A DNA stretch of 59,130 nt, filler included, from Acidimicrobiia bacterium (GTDB lineage: Bacteria; Actinomycetota; Acidimicrobiia; Spongiisociales; JAHEDJ01): NCBI GenBank assembly GCA_029210695.1. It is 5 parts of 5 records of this genome, joined end to end, with 100 filler letters (N's around TTAATTAATTAA, not from the genome) between each part and the next. Parts side by side here need not be neighbours in the genome. Positions count along the whole stretch, not along the records: positions 36,754 to 47,912 come from JARGFH010000086.1; positions 48,013 to 59,130 come from JARGFH010000087.1; 3 more parts are not named here. One strand, 5' to 3'. Numbering within the stretch: position 1 is the stretch's first letter; each line of letters opens with the position of its first letter. Shown in pieces: positions 47,212 to 56,427 of this stretch. Both the position numbers and the translations under genes were made by a program. The notes below the pieces were generated by a model. It made no database searches. It saw only the letters and a program-made list of their open reading frames with translations, and had not been told where the DNA came from.

Positions 47212-47820
47212 GTGGCACAGGAAATCATCATCGCCGGAGTCGTCGGCAGCCTCCGCCACGACAGCTTTACCCGTCTGGCGGTCCGGATCGCTCTCGAGGG
47301 TGCCGCCGAAACGGGTGCAGTCACCCGGCTGATCGACCTCTGCGACTACGAACTACCTTTCTGCAACGGCGACAGAACGACGAGCCTGCCCGAAGTGGTC
47401 CGGCTCAGACAAGACGTAGTTTCCGGACACGGTCTCATCCTTGGCACCCCCGAGTATCACGGCGGCTACAGCGGAGTGCTCAAGAACGCCATCGATCTCA
47501 TGGGATTCGACGAGTTCGAAGGCAAGATCGTCGGGCTGGTCGGGGTTTCCGGGGGATCGATGGGCGCCCTCCAGGCCCTCCAGGGTTTGCGAGTGATCGG
47601 CAGGGCCCTGCACGCCTGGGTGATTCCTCAGCAAGCATCCATACCGATGGCCTATCAAGAGCTAGCGCAGAACTCGCCGACCAGGGAAGTGTATGAGCAA
47701 CGCCTTAGGGAGGTCGGTCGACAGGTCGCCCGTTTCGCCGCGCTCCACTCCTCCCCGGAAGCGATCGAGTTTCTCCGTGCCTGGGAGGAAGCCCCGAGTA
47801 ACCCCGGTGGCGAAGACTGA
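47212..47820 (+). CDS. NADPH-dependent FMN reductase
   Basis: GSLRHDS, TPEYHGGYSGVLKNAID, GG.MG. Confidence 0.92.
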   Translation: MAQEIIIAGVVGSLRHDSFTRLAVRIALEGAAETGAVTRLIDLCDYELPFCNGDRTTSLPEVVRLRQDVVSGHGLILGTPEYHGGYSGVLKNAIDLMGFDEFEGKIVGLVGVSGGSMGALQALQGLRVIGRALHAWVIPQQASIPMAYQELAQNSPTREVYEQRLREVGRQVARFAALHSSPEAIEFLRAWEEAPSNPGGED

Positions 47821-47837
47821 ACAACAGATTCTAGATT

Positions 47838-47912
47838 CTAGGTGGCTGCCGAAAAAGTGGCTTTCGGTGAGGTTGGTTGGCGGCGGGCCAGTCGTGGGTG
47901 ATGCCGGAGACC
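47838..47912 (-). mobile_element. IS end, IS5/IS1182-like (copy 3), at CTAG
   Basis: Identical to 24730-24804. Inserted in the heptamer run acagatt-ctagatt-ctag. Confidence 0.7.
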
Positions 47913-48012
47913 NNNNNNNNNNNNNNNNNNNNNNNNNNNNNNNNNNNNNNNNNNNNTTAATTAATTAANNNNNNNNNNNNNNNNNNNNNNNNNNNNNNNN
48001 NNNNNNNNNNNN
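47913..48012. other. Artificial contig linker
   Basis: N-TTAATTAATTAA-N. Confidence 0.99.
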
Positions 48013-48100
48013 CGTCACCGTGGCCATCACCAGTCTCCAAGAGCACCAACCGGCGCTCCCACCCGAAGGTAAACCACTGACAAGTTGCCCGGGGTATACC
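48013..48100 (+). mobile_element. Possible IS right end (family uncertain)
   Basis: Contig-edge stub ending CCACTGACAAGTTGCCCGGGGTATACC, loosely IS481-like. Supported mainly by analogy to the other contig ends. Confidence 0.35.
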
Positions 48101-48124
48101 AGTTGACCGTCCGGGGGTGGCTGG

Positions 48125-51100
48125 ATGTTGAGCATCGCCAAGGCCCGCAAGGACTACTACCTCCAGAAACTGGGGGAGATTTCGCCGGGCGAGGACTACT
48201 ACCTGCGAGGTGGGACTGCCACCGGCCGTTGGCACGGCCGCGGCGCCCTCGAACAGGGACTGAAGGGAATCGTGTCGGCGGAGGGCCTGGTGCGCCTCTT
48301 CGACGGACAGCACCCGGCGACTGGGGAGCAGTTGGGACGTCAGCTCCGCAAGGACGGGGTGGCGGCTTGGGATCTGACCTTCTCAGCGGACAAGTCGGTG
48401 TCGCTGCTGTGGGCGTTCGGGGACGACGAGGTTCGACGCCACGTCGTCGAGGCGTTCGAGGAGTCCACCGCCGAGGCGCTCACCTACCTGGAATCGGTAG
48501 CATCCTCGACTCGGGGCGCTTCTCGGACGCCGATCCTGGACCAAGAAGGCAAGCCGATCCTCGACGAAGATGGCTTCCCTCGTCATCGGGTTGAGACGTG
48601 GCCTATTCGTACCAAGGGGTACGTCTCGGCGTGGTTCACCGAGTTCACCAGCCGAGCCGATGACCCGCAGCTCCACACCCACGTGGTTGTTGGGAACCGG
48701 GTCAAGGGCGTCGACGATGTCTGGCGGGCGATCGACGGGCGTCTCCTTTACCGGCACAAACTGGCCGCCGGCTACCTCCACGAAGCCGAACTGAGGCACC
48801 GGTTGACCGAGCGACTCGGGGTTCGCTGGCAGCCAGTCCGCAACGGGATTGCGGACATCGACGGCTTCACCAGGGACCAGATCATGGCGTTCTCCCAGCG
48901 ACGCCGCCAGATCGAAGCGTGGCGAAACGACCATGGACTTGCGGACACCGCCGTTGCTAACGAGGTCGCCACATTGGCGACTCGGGGCCCTAAACGAGAC
49001 CATCCGATCGACATGCTGATGCCGGTCTGGCTGGAACGAGGCACTGAGGTTGGCGTTACGCCTGAGTCGGTCGCAAAGGTGCTGGAACGCAGCCGTTCCG
49101 TCACCGTCCCAGACCCCGCACCCGTATTCGAATTGATGGCTTCCGCTGAAGGGCTCACCGCCCAGGCCTCGACGTTTGGGCGAGTTGACGCAATCAGAGC
49201 AGTGGCGGAGGCTCTACCCGAGGGAGGACGACGAGCCGATATCGAGCATCTGGCAGACGCCTTCCTCCGTCGCTCGGGCGTGATCCCCATTCTCCCCATC
49301 CACCCCACCACCGACTCTCTGAGTCGCCTGTCGATCGATCTCGAACCCGCCGAACTCGAACATCTCCTCGAACTGGTCAACTCGACGCAGCCGCGAATCA
49401 TGCGGAGGGGCAACGGGGACATCTTCCCGGGACTGGTCAACGAACGGCGCTACACAACCACCGAACTCCTCGCCATCGAACAGCGGATCATCGACCGCGC
49501 CCGGAAGGGTATTGCAGCCGAACGATGGATCGTCCCTGAGGCGCAGGTCGAAGCCGCTCTCGCAACTCAACCGAGCCTCACCGGCGGGCAGCAGGCGATG
49601 ATCCGCCAGTTCGCCACATCCGGAAGCGCCATCGAAGCCGGCGTTGGAGCGGCCGGGACCGGCAAGACCACCGTCATGGCCATCATCGGCCAACTCGCCA
49701 CCGAAACAGGAACCCCCGTCATGGGAACGGCGCTGGCGGCCCGAGCCGCCGCCGGATTCGAAACCGCCACCGGCATTCCGTCCGCCACTATCACCCGCTT
49801 CCTGTGGGAAACCAAAGCAGCCGGTGGCCTCCCAACCGGTACCATCGTCGTGGTCGACGAGGCAGGCATGGTCGGCAGCCGCCAGCTCGCCGAGGTATCC
49901 GACCTCGTCGAAGCAGCCTCCGGCAAGCTCATCCTGATCGGCGACCATCGCCAGCTCGCCGAGATCGACGCCGGTGGCCTATTCGCTGCACTGACGGCTC
50001 GCCTCCCCGCTGTCGAGCTGACCGAGAACGTCCGCCAGGACCAGGAATGGGAACGCACCGCTTTGGCCGAACTCCGCCACGGCTCCATCTCCCGGGCCGT
50101 GGCCATGTACGACCGGCGCGGACTCATCAACACAGCGGCCACCGACGATGACACCATCACCCAAGCCGTCGACAACTGGTACCGAGACGTCCAAGATGCC
50201 GGTGACCCTGCCCAGGTGCTGCTTATCGGGCATCGCAACACCACCGTCGACCAGCTCAACCAGCAGGCCCGACTACTTATCGTCCAATCCGGCTTGCTCC
50301 ACGGACCCTCGGTTAACGCTGGCGATTGCCAATTCCAGGCCGGAGACAGAGCCGTGTGCCTCAAGAACCGCTCCCGGCTCGGAGTCCTCAACGGGGACCT
50401 CGCAACCGTGACGGCTGTGGACACTGAACGGCGCACGATCACGCTCAGACTCGACCGCACCAACACCGACGTGACCGTTCCACAGTGGTACCTCGACGAA
50501 GGAAACCTCGATTGGGGCTACGCCCTCACCGGCCACAAGGCTCAAGGGGCAACCGCCCGGCGCGCCCACACGGTTGCCGGAGATGGCGTCGACCGGGAAT
50601 GGCTCTACGTCACCATGAGTCGAGGCCGGGAAGCAAACACCATCTACCTCGCTGACCCCGAACTTGGCAAGGACGAGTGCACGCATCTGACCCACCAACA
50701 CCCGAACCGGCTCACAGCCCTTATCGCAGCCCTCGGACGTACCGCTGCGGAGCTGGCGGCATCTGACACCGGACGGCGACCTCGGACCCTCACCGACGAA
50801 CAGCTGAACCAGCGGTTTGAGAATCTGGAAGTTGAGCTGGCACTTTCAGAAGCCGAGGATCGCCGACTGGCCGCCGCTGGCAACCAGAGCGACCTCCTCG
50901 TCGAGTACCTGGACCTGCACAGCGAGATCCACGCCCGCCGCCGAGACCGACTCGCAACCATGACCTTCTTACCGTCGGAATGGATTGTTGCCACCTTGGG
51001 AGAGCGGCCTGCAGAGCCTGATCGTCGCGCTGCTTGGGATGCGATCGTCGACCGCGCTCTTCTCTACCGCACCGAGCAAGGGATCCCTGACGAGTCACCC

Positions 51101-51232
51101 GGCCTGCTGGGGCCAGCCCCGCTCAGCCGCGAGGTGGAACAGCGCGTGGCATGGATCGCAGCTCGTCGCGACATCGAGCGGAACCTCCTCAAGTCCGTTG
51201 CGGAACACCAGGCTGTCGGCTTCGGCTTGTAG
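48125..51232 (+). CDS. mobF: MobF (TrwC-type) relaxase-helicase
   Basis: MLSI..DYYL..DYYL, DLTFSADKSVS, HUH motif DPQLHTH, FSQRR, Walker A GAAGTGKT, VVDEAGM, LIGD, YALTGHKAQG, YVTMSRGR. Confidence 0.95.
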   Translation: MLSIAKARKDYYLQKLGEISPGEDYYLRGGTATGRWHGRGALEQGLKGIVSAEGLVRLFDGQHPATGEQLGRQLRKDGVAAWDLTFSADKSVSLLWAFGDDEVRRHVVEAFEESTAEALTYLESVASSTRGASRTPILDQEGKPILDEDGFPRHRVETWPIRTKGYVSAWFTEFTSRADDPQLHTHVVVGNRVKGVDDVWRAIDGRLLYRHKLAAGYLHEAELRHRLTERLGVRWQPVRNGIADIDGFTRDQIMAFSQRRRQIEAWRNDHGLADTAVANEVATLATRGPKRDHPIDMLMPVWLERGTEVGVTPESVAKVLERSRSVTVPDPAPVFELMASAEGLTAQASTFGRVDAIRAVAEALPEGGRRADIEHLADAFLRRSGVIPILPIHPTTDSLSRLSIDLEPAELEHLLELVNSTQPRIMRRGNGDIFPGLVNERRYTTTELLAIEQRIIDRARKGIAAERWIVPEAQVEAALATQPSLTGGQQAMIRQFATSGSAIEAGVGAAGTGKTTVMAIIGQLATETGTPVMGTALAARAAAGFETATGIPSATITRFLWETKAAGGLPTGTIVVVDEAGMVGSRQLAEVSDLVEAASGKLILIGDHRQLAEIDAGGLFAALTARLPAVELTENVRQDQEWERTALAELRHGSISRAVAMYDRRGLINTAATDDDTITQAVDNWYRDVQDAGDPAQVLLIGHRNTTVDQLNQQARLLIVQSGLLHGPSVNAGDCQFQAGDRAVCLKNRSRLGVLNGDLATVTAVDTERRTITLRLDRTNTDVTVPQWYLDEGNLDWGYALTGHKAQGATARRAHTVAGDGVDREWLYVTMSRGREANTIYLADPELGKDECTHLTHQHPNRLTALIAALGRTAAELAASDTGRRPRTLTDEQLNQRFENLEVELALSEAEDRRLAAAGNQSDLLVEYLDLHSEIHARRRDRLATMTFLPSEWIVATLGERPAEPDRRAAWDAIVDRALLYRTEQGIPDESPGLLGPAPLSREVEQRVAWIAARRDIERNLLKSVAEHQAVGFGL

Positions 51233-51648
51233 ATACGCGCTGCTCGGGCGCCTACGTCGACCGGGCATCGACATCCGGGTGCCACGACTTGAGAGCCCGT
51301 TGCGACCATAATCCCGGAAGGGCCTATCCAGGTTGGTACAGCCGTGGGTCGCCCAACCCGATCCGCCGCTATTCCAAGGGCAGATCCCCTGAATATGGTC
51401 CCATTCGGTCCCCCAGTGGGGCGTCGGCCCCACCCGTGGCGACTGACTGTACTGAAGTGGATAGCCCCTATCCCGGATATGCGTGCTAGTCGAGACGGTT
51501 GCCTGCCGCGTGGAGGGTCGAAAAGAGGGAGTCTGCTCAGTGACCCGGTGGACATGGCACCATTTCGCTCCATCACGTCGATTCGGGGCCAGGCGTCGGC
51601 GGACTATGATGCGTTCCTAGCGCAACAGCCTGAGCACGAGGGGTTAGC

Positions 51649-52911
51649 TTGAAGTTCCGTTTCGTCCACGCAGCGGACCTCCACCTTGACACGCCTTTCT
51701 CCGGCATACGAGAAGCCGCCCCCGAGGTCTCAGATGCTCTTCGTCGGGCTTCCCTCGACGCCTTCGTTGGTCTCGTTGATCTCGCCATTGACCGAGAGGC
51801 CGCATTTGTCGTCTTGGCCGGGGACATCTATGACGGGGCTGAGCGCGGAGTCGCCGCGCAGCTCCGATTCCAGCGCGGGCTGAAGAGGCTTGACGATAAC
51901 GGCATCTACTCGTTCATCGTTCACGGCAATCACGACCCAGTGAAGGTCGGTTGGTCAGCGATTCGCGACTGGCCCGACCTTGTGACCGTCTTCGGTCACA
52001 AGCACGTCGATCAAGTGACCGTCGAGTGGCGCGGCGAGCAGATCGCCACCGTCCACGGCATCAGCTATGAGAAGAGAGAGCAGACCGAGAATCTCGCTCT
52101 TCGATTCAGGCGCGGCAGTGGCCCCGGCATCCACGTGGGTGTGCTGCACGCCAATGCCGGCAACAATCAGGACCACGACCCATACGCTCCCTGTTCCGTG
52201 GACGATCTGGCAATCGCCGATCTCGACTATTGGGCACTCGGCCATATCCACAAGCGACAGATCCTGCGCCATGGCGATCCATGGATCGTGTACCCCGGCA
52301 ATCTCCAGGGCCGCAGCCCGAAGCCGAGCGAGATGGGGGAGAAGGGCGCATATGTTGTCGAAGTCGACGGCACGACCATCGCGGAGCCCGAGTTCGTCGC
52401 CCTCGACAAGATCCGCTTTCGGGAGATGGAGCTCGACGTGTTTGGGATGGATCTCTCCGAGGTTGAGGGCGAGCTCCTCAAGATGGGGGATCAAGCCATC
52501 GCGGATGGCGACGGCCGATCACTTCTGGTGCGTTGCTCGCTCAGAGGATCTGGCGACATCCACGAGGACCTCGCTCGGATGGGAGCCGTTGAGGAGTTGC
52601 TCACCGAACTACGCGAGGAATCGACGGGCCAGGACCCATTCCTTTGGTGGGAGTCCCTGAGAGACAGAACCACGACAGCCATCGACATCGACGCAATTAG
52701 GGAGCGCGGAGACTTCTCGGCTGAGCTGCTGGCTCTCGCAGACGAGCTCTCGGCGGAAGGCGACGGCGGCTTCGTCGACGACGTGGTCGAACACCTCCCA
52801 CTCACGAAGCTCGAACGACTCGGAGTGGAACTTCCGTCTCCCGAAGACCCGGTCCTGTGGAATGACGCGGTCACGCTAGCAATCGAATTGCTCGAAGGCG
52901 GTGCAACATGA
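51649..52911 (+). CDS. Mre11/SbcD-like metallophosphoesterase nuclease (YhaO family)
   Basis: HAADLHLD, AGDIYD, GNHD, YWALGHIH, YPGNLQGR. TTG start behind GAGGGG. Confidence 0.92.
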   Translation: MKFRFVHAADLHLDTPFSGIREAAPEVSDALRRASLDAFVGLVDLAIDREAAFVVLAGDIYDGAERGVAAQLRFQRGLKRLDDNGIYSFIVHGNHDPVKVGWSAIRDWPDLVTVFGHKHVDQVTVEWRGEQIATVHGISYEKREQTENLALRFRRGSGPGIHVGVLHANAGNNQDHDPYAPCSVDDLAIADLDYWALGHIHKRQILRHGDPWIVYPGNLQGRSPKPSEMGEKGAYVVEVDGTTIAEPEFVALDKIRFREMELDVFGMDLSEVEGELLKMGDQAIADGDGRSLLVRCSLRGSGDIHEDLARMGAVEELLTELREESTGQDPFLWWESLRDRTTTAIDIDAIRERGDFSAELLALADELSAEGDGGFVDDVVEHLPLTKLERLGVELPSPEDPVLWNDAVTLAIELLEGGAT

Positions 52912-55900
52912 GGATCTCCGGGTTGCACATCAACGGCTTCGGTATGTTCGCCGACTACAGGCTGAACGATCTGCCGTCCGGATTGACCGTCCTCTGCGGC
53001 CCGAACGAGGCCGGGAAGTCGACGCTTGTCAACTATGTCCTCAGCATCCTCTTCGGCTTCCCGGACGGCAGATCAAAGGGTCCTCACCACGAACCGCTTG
53101 TCGGGGGCAACCACGGAGGCAAGCTCTTCCTACGAGACGGCGACAGTGAGTACATCATCGAGCGAACCAAGGCCGGGAAGGTACCGATGGTGCGGTACCC
53201 GGGTGGCGGGATCGGGGGTCAGGAGGCCATCAAGGACCTGCTCGGCAACGCTGACCGCACACTCTTCCAGAACGTGTTCGCATTTGGGCTGAAAGAGCTC
53301 GAAGACCTCAAGGCACTTGAGGGCGACTCCGTACGCGAGCGCATCTTCGCTACCCCAACGTTCGGTGGCGGGCCATCGGCACGAGAGATCATCAATCAGC
53401 TGGAGTCGAGAGAGAAGGAACTGTTTCGGCCGCGATCCGATTCAACGATCACCGACCTTCGCAGGAAGCTCGAGGACGTGCACGGGGGCCTACAGGCTCT
53501 CCAGGGTCAGGCGAAGTCCTACGAGCAAGCGACGCGCGATCTCGACGAGGCGATTGGCGCTGTCGAGAGCATCTCGGCAGATCTGCGCGAGAAGCGGCAA
53601 GAAGCGAAGCGGTACGAGACGTTGATCGAGATCTGGCCACAGTGGTCTGATCGGCTTGCGGCGGAGCGGGAAGCCGAGTCCCTCCAGGTGCCGGACGGCG
53701 TTGAGTTGGCGTCGGAGGCTCGCCTCCGGGACGCGGAGCGGGAGATCGGCGAGAGGAACGTTGCCGTTCGAGAGAGGAAGGACAGTCATGACAGACAGCA
53801 GTCTCGGTTCAACAAGGTCAATGTTGATGATCTGCTTCCTCCGGCGGCCGCGCAAGCCAAGAAGCTGCACGCGGAAATCCGACGCTACGACACGGATCGA
53901 ACTCGGCTCGGCACCCTTGAGACCAGGATTGAGAACCTCCAAACAGACGTATCGCGATCCTTGACAGAACTGGGACCGGGTTGGGACAAGGACCGTGTCG
54001 AGGCCTTCGACACGTCAATCCCGATCAAGGGGAAGCTTGTCGAATGGCGGGACCAGTTGAGCGAGGCCGACAAGGCCATTGCTAATGGTGTCGGACGCGT
54101 CGCCGGTCTCGAGGGAGGGCTGGAAGAGGCGACAACCGAGCGCCGTGACCACGAACAGAAGCTCGCGGAGTACGCAACAACACCGTCCGCGGAGGAGATC
54201 GAGGCAGCCGAATCGAAGACCAGGAAGATGCGCGTGCTCGGCGAGGAGGTCGGGAAGCTTCGCGAGCGTGTCCGAGCGGACGACGAACGAGTTGCCGCTG
54301 TGCAGGAAGTCCTCGAGAGTGTGGGCCGTCCGACCGGGGCAGGTGTGCCGCCAAGCATCCTCTTCGCGGTGCCCGTCGTTTTGGGTGGCGCCGGGGTCGT
54401 TGCGGGGGTCGCCAACGAGTTCCTGTCAGCGGTCCTGCTGCTCGTGCTCGCTGTCGCATCTGGTGTTGGCATCGTCCTATGGAGGCGGGCGGCCCGTACT
54501 GCCGGAGGCGATACGGCCAGTGGGACAAGATCGGAGCGACCCACCGCCGGAGATGCCCCAAGACGCGAGCTCGAGGCCGCTCAGTCCGAGGCACGTGACC
54601 TAGCCGCCGAACTCGGGTTCGCTGAGATTCCGAACGCCTCTCAGATTGAGGAACGATTGGCTGCGATCACGCTCCAGCGAATAGACCGCAGTGCCGCCGA
54701 CGCTCTCGCCAACCTCGTAGACGGAGAGCGAACAAAGGAGCGGAAACTTCGCGAGCAGATCGAGGCCGCGACCAGAGAGTTAGAGGAGCAGCGCTCTGGT
54801 CGCAGACAGCTCGGATCGACGTGGGATGACTGGAGGACGGAACAGGGCATCGCCGAGCCGCTGAAGCCGGAGGTGGTCATGGATCTTGTGCCGGCAATCG
54901 CCGGCACAAGAGAGCTGATCAGACAGGAGAGCGAGGCCAGGTCCGAAGCGAGTGATGTGCGTCAGCGCATCAAGTGGTTTGAGCAGTCGGCAACGGAGAC
55001 ACTGAAGGCCGCTGAGAGAGATGATGACCTGATCGACTCGGGCTTGATGGCTGCTGTTGAGGCGCTCTACCAAGACATCCTGGAGGACGAGAAGAAGCGA
55101 GAGTCGATTGTCGGTCTCAAGAAGGGTATTGGTGGGGCGCGAGAGGACCTCGAGGAGGCAGAAGCCGACCTGGCGAATGCCGAGGCTATCCGCGATCGAG
55201 TACTTGCCGAGGTGGGTGTTGCCGATGCTGCGGCACTTGACGAAGCGATCGGGAAGCTGAAGCGCAGGGCGGAACTCGAGGCGGACGCTGCAAAGCTCTC
55301 TCGACTGATCGAGACGGCAATCGGTGGGGGCGAGGGCGGGGAGCTCATGAAGGAGGAGCTCACTACCGGGGACCTCTCGCGATGGCAGTCGAGCTATGAC
55401 GAGGCCAGCGCACTGGTCGAGGAGCTGGAGCAGGAGCACGAAGTGGCGGTCAGGCACCACCAAGACCTCAAGACCGCGGCAGCGGCTATCGCGGGATCGA
55501 CCGAGGTAGCAAAGCTGGCGCTCGTCGTCGAGGCCCAAAGGGTGGAGTTGGCAGAGGCGACTGCCGAGTGGGCCCGAGTCGCAACGGCACGAGCCCTCAT
55601 TGATGCGACGCTGGCGAGGTTCGAACGGAAGCACCAGCCAAAGGTCGTGGAGCGCGCTGCCGAACTCTTCAACAGGATCACCGATGGGCGCTACCCAGAG
55701 CTCCTCTCTACAGAGAGCGACTTGAAAGTCATGAGCCGGGCGAGCGACCCGATCGACATCGTCGATCTCAGCACCGGGACCGTGCAGCAGCTCTACCTGT
55801 GTCTTCGCTTCGCGCTGGCAGAAGAGTTCGCTGGTCGGGGAGTCAAGCTTCCGCTGGTGATGGACGATGTTCTCGTGAACTTCGATCCGGAGCGTGCGGC

Positions 55901-56039
55901 GAGCGTGGCAGGTGTCATATCCGAGTTGGCAGAGCAGCATCAGGTGGTCCTCCTCACGTGCCACCCGGGAACCAGGGACCTTATGGCAGGCTCTGCCCCG
56001 GAAGCCCGCATCGTCGAACTCAAGCAGTTCCCGCTGTGA
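52908..56039 (+). CDS. Rad50/SbcC-like ABC ATPase with coiled coil and central TM hairpin (YhaN family, AAA_27)
   Basis: Walker A GPNEAGKST, signature LSTGT, Walker B VMDD.LVNFD, LTCH. Two hydrophobic helices mid-protein. ATGA overlap with the nuclease. Confidence 0.92.
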   Translation: MRISGLHINGFGMFADYRLNDLPSGLTVLCGPNEAGKSTLVNYVLSILFGFPDGRSKGPHHEPLVGGNHGGKLFLRDGDSEYIIERTKAGKVPMVRYPGGGIGGQEAIKDLLGNADRTLFQNVFAFGLKELEDLKALEGDSVRERIFATPTFGGGPSAREIINQLESREKELFRPRSDSTITDLRRKLEDVHGGLQALQGQAKSYEQATRDLDEAIGAVESISADLREKRQEAKRYETLIEIWPQWSDRLAAEREAESLQVPDGVELASEARLRDAEREIGERNVAVRERKDSHDRQQSRFNKVNVDDLLPPAAAQAKKLHAEIRRYDTDRTRLGTLETRIENLQTDVSRSLTELGPGWDKDRVEAFDTSIPIKGKLVEWRDQLSEADKAIANGVGRVAGLEGGLEEATTERRDHEQKLAEYATTPSAEEIEAAESKTRKMRVLGEEVGKLRERVRADDERVAAVQEVLESVGRPTGAGVPPSILFAVPVVLGGAGVVAGVANEFLSAVLLLVLAVASGVGIVLWRRAARTAGGDTASGTRSERPTAGDAPRRELEAAQSEARDLAAELGFAEIPNASQIEERLAAITLQRIDRSAADALANLVDGERTKERKLREQIEAATRELEEQRSGRRQLGSTWDDWRTEQGIAEPLKPEVVMDLVPAIAGTRELIRQESEARSEASDVRQRIKWFEQSATETLKAAERDDDLIDSGLMAAVEALYQDILEDEKKRESIVGLKKGIGGAREDLEEAEADLANAEAIRDRVLAEVGVADAAALDEAIGKLKRRAELEADAAKLSRLIETAIGGGEGGELMKEELTTGDLSRWQSSYDEASALVEELEQEHEVAVRHHQDLKTAAAAIAGSTEVAKLALVVEAQRVELAEATAEWARVATARALIDATLARFERKHQPKVVERAAELFNRITDGRYPELLSTESDLKVMSRASDPIDIVDLSTGTVQQLYLCLRFALAEEFAGRGVKLPLVMDDVLVNFDPERAASVAGVISELAEQHQVVLLTCHPGTRDLMAGSAPEARIVELKQFPL

Positions 56040-56427
56040 GACTGCAGAGCGGGCTTGTTCCGTGTCTGGGACACCTGTCCGGTGGACGCGCGATGTCGGC
56101 GCCGCCCCTCTCAGATGCCTGCCGGGATTCATCCCATCGCTACGCTCTGATCTCCGGAGGACTATTTGCCGCTCTTTGAGATCCATAGCGGGGAACTTGT
56201 CCCCTTCAGGCGGTTGAAGGGCGGTTCCGATTGCTTGCGACGAGACCCGACCCGCCCATACTCGGGACAGGTCGTGGCCGGGCATTCACTTCGTTCCGGA
56301 CCCGCCAAAGCGCAACGGTACGGTTCTTGGGTAGCCTGAAATCGGGGAAGTCGGTCGATCGCGTCGCCGATGACGCGGCGCACCGGGCTGCTACCACTGA
56401 TGTAAAGAGAACGACGATTGGGTACGC

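Noticed and set aside
51233..51648. Possible ncRNA, oriT or small ORF between mobF and the nuclease
   Set aside because: Only a short hairpin (GTGGGG-cgtcgg-CCCCAC) and a TATGAT box are visible. This is insufficient without covariance analysis.
56040..56427. Possible retron-like ncRNA or regulatory RNA upstream of the GmrSD-like gene
   Set aside because: No reverse transcriptase is nearby, and no convincing long inverted repeats were found by eye.
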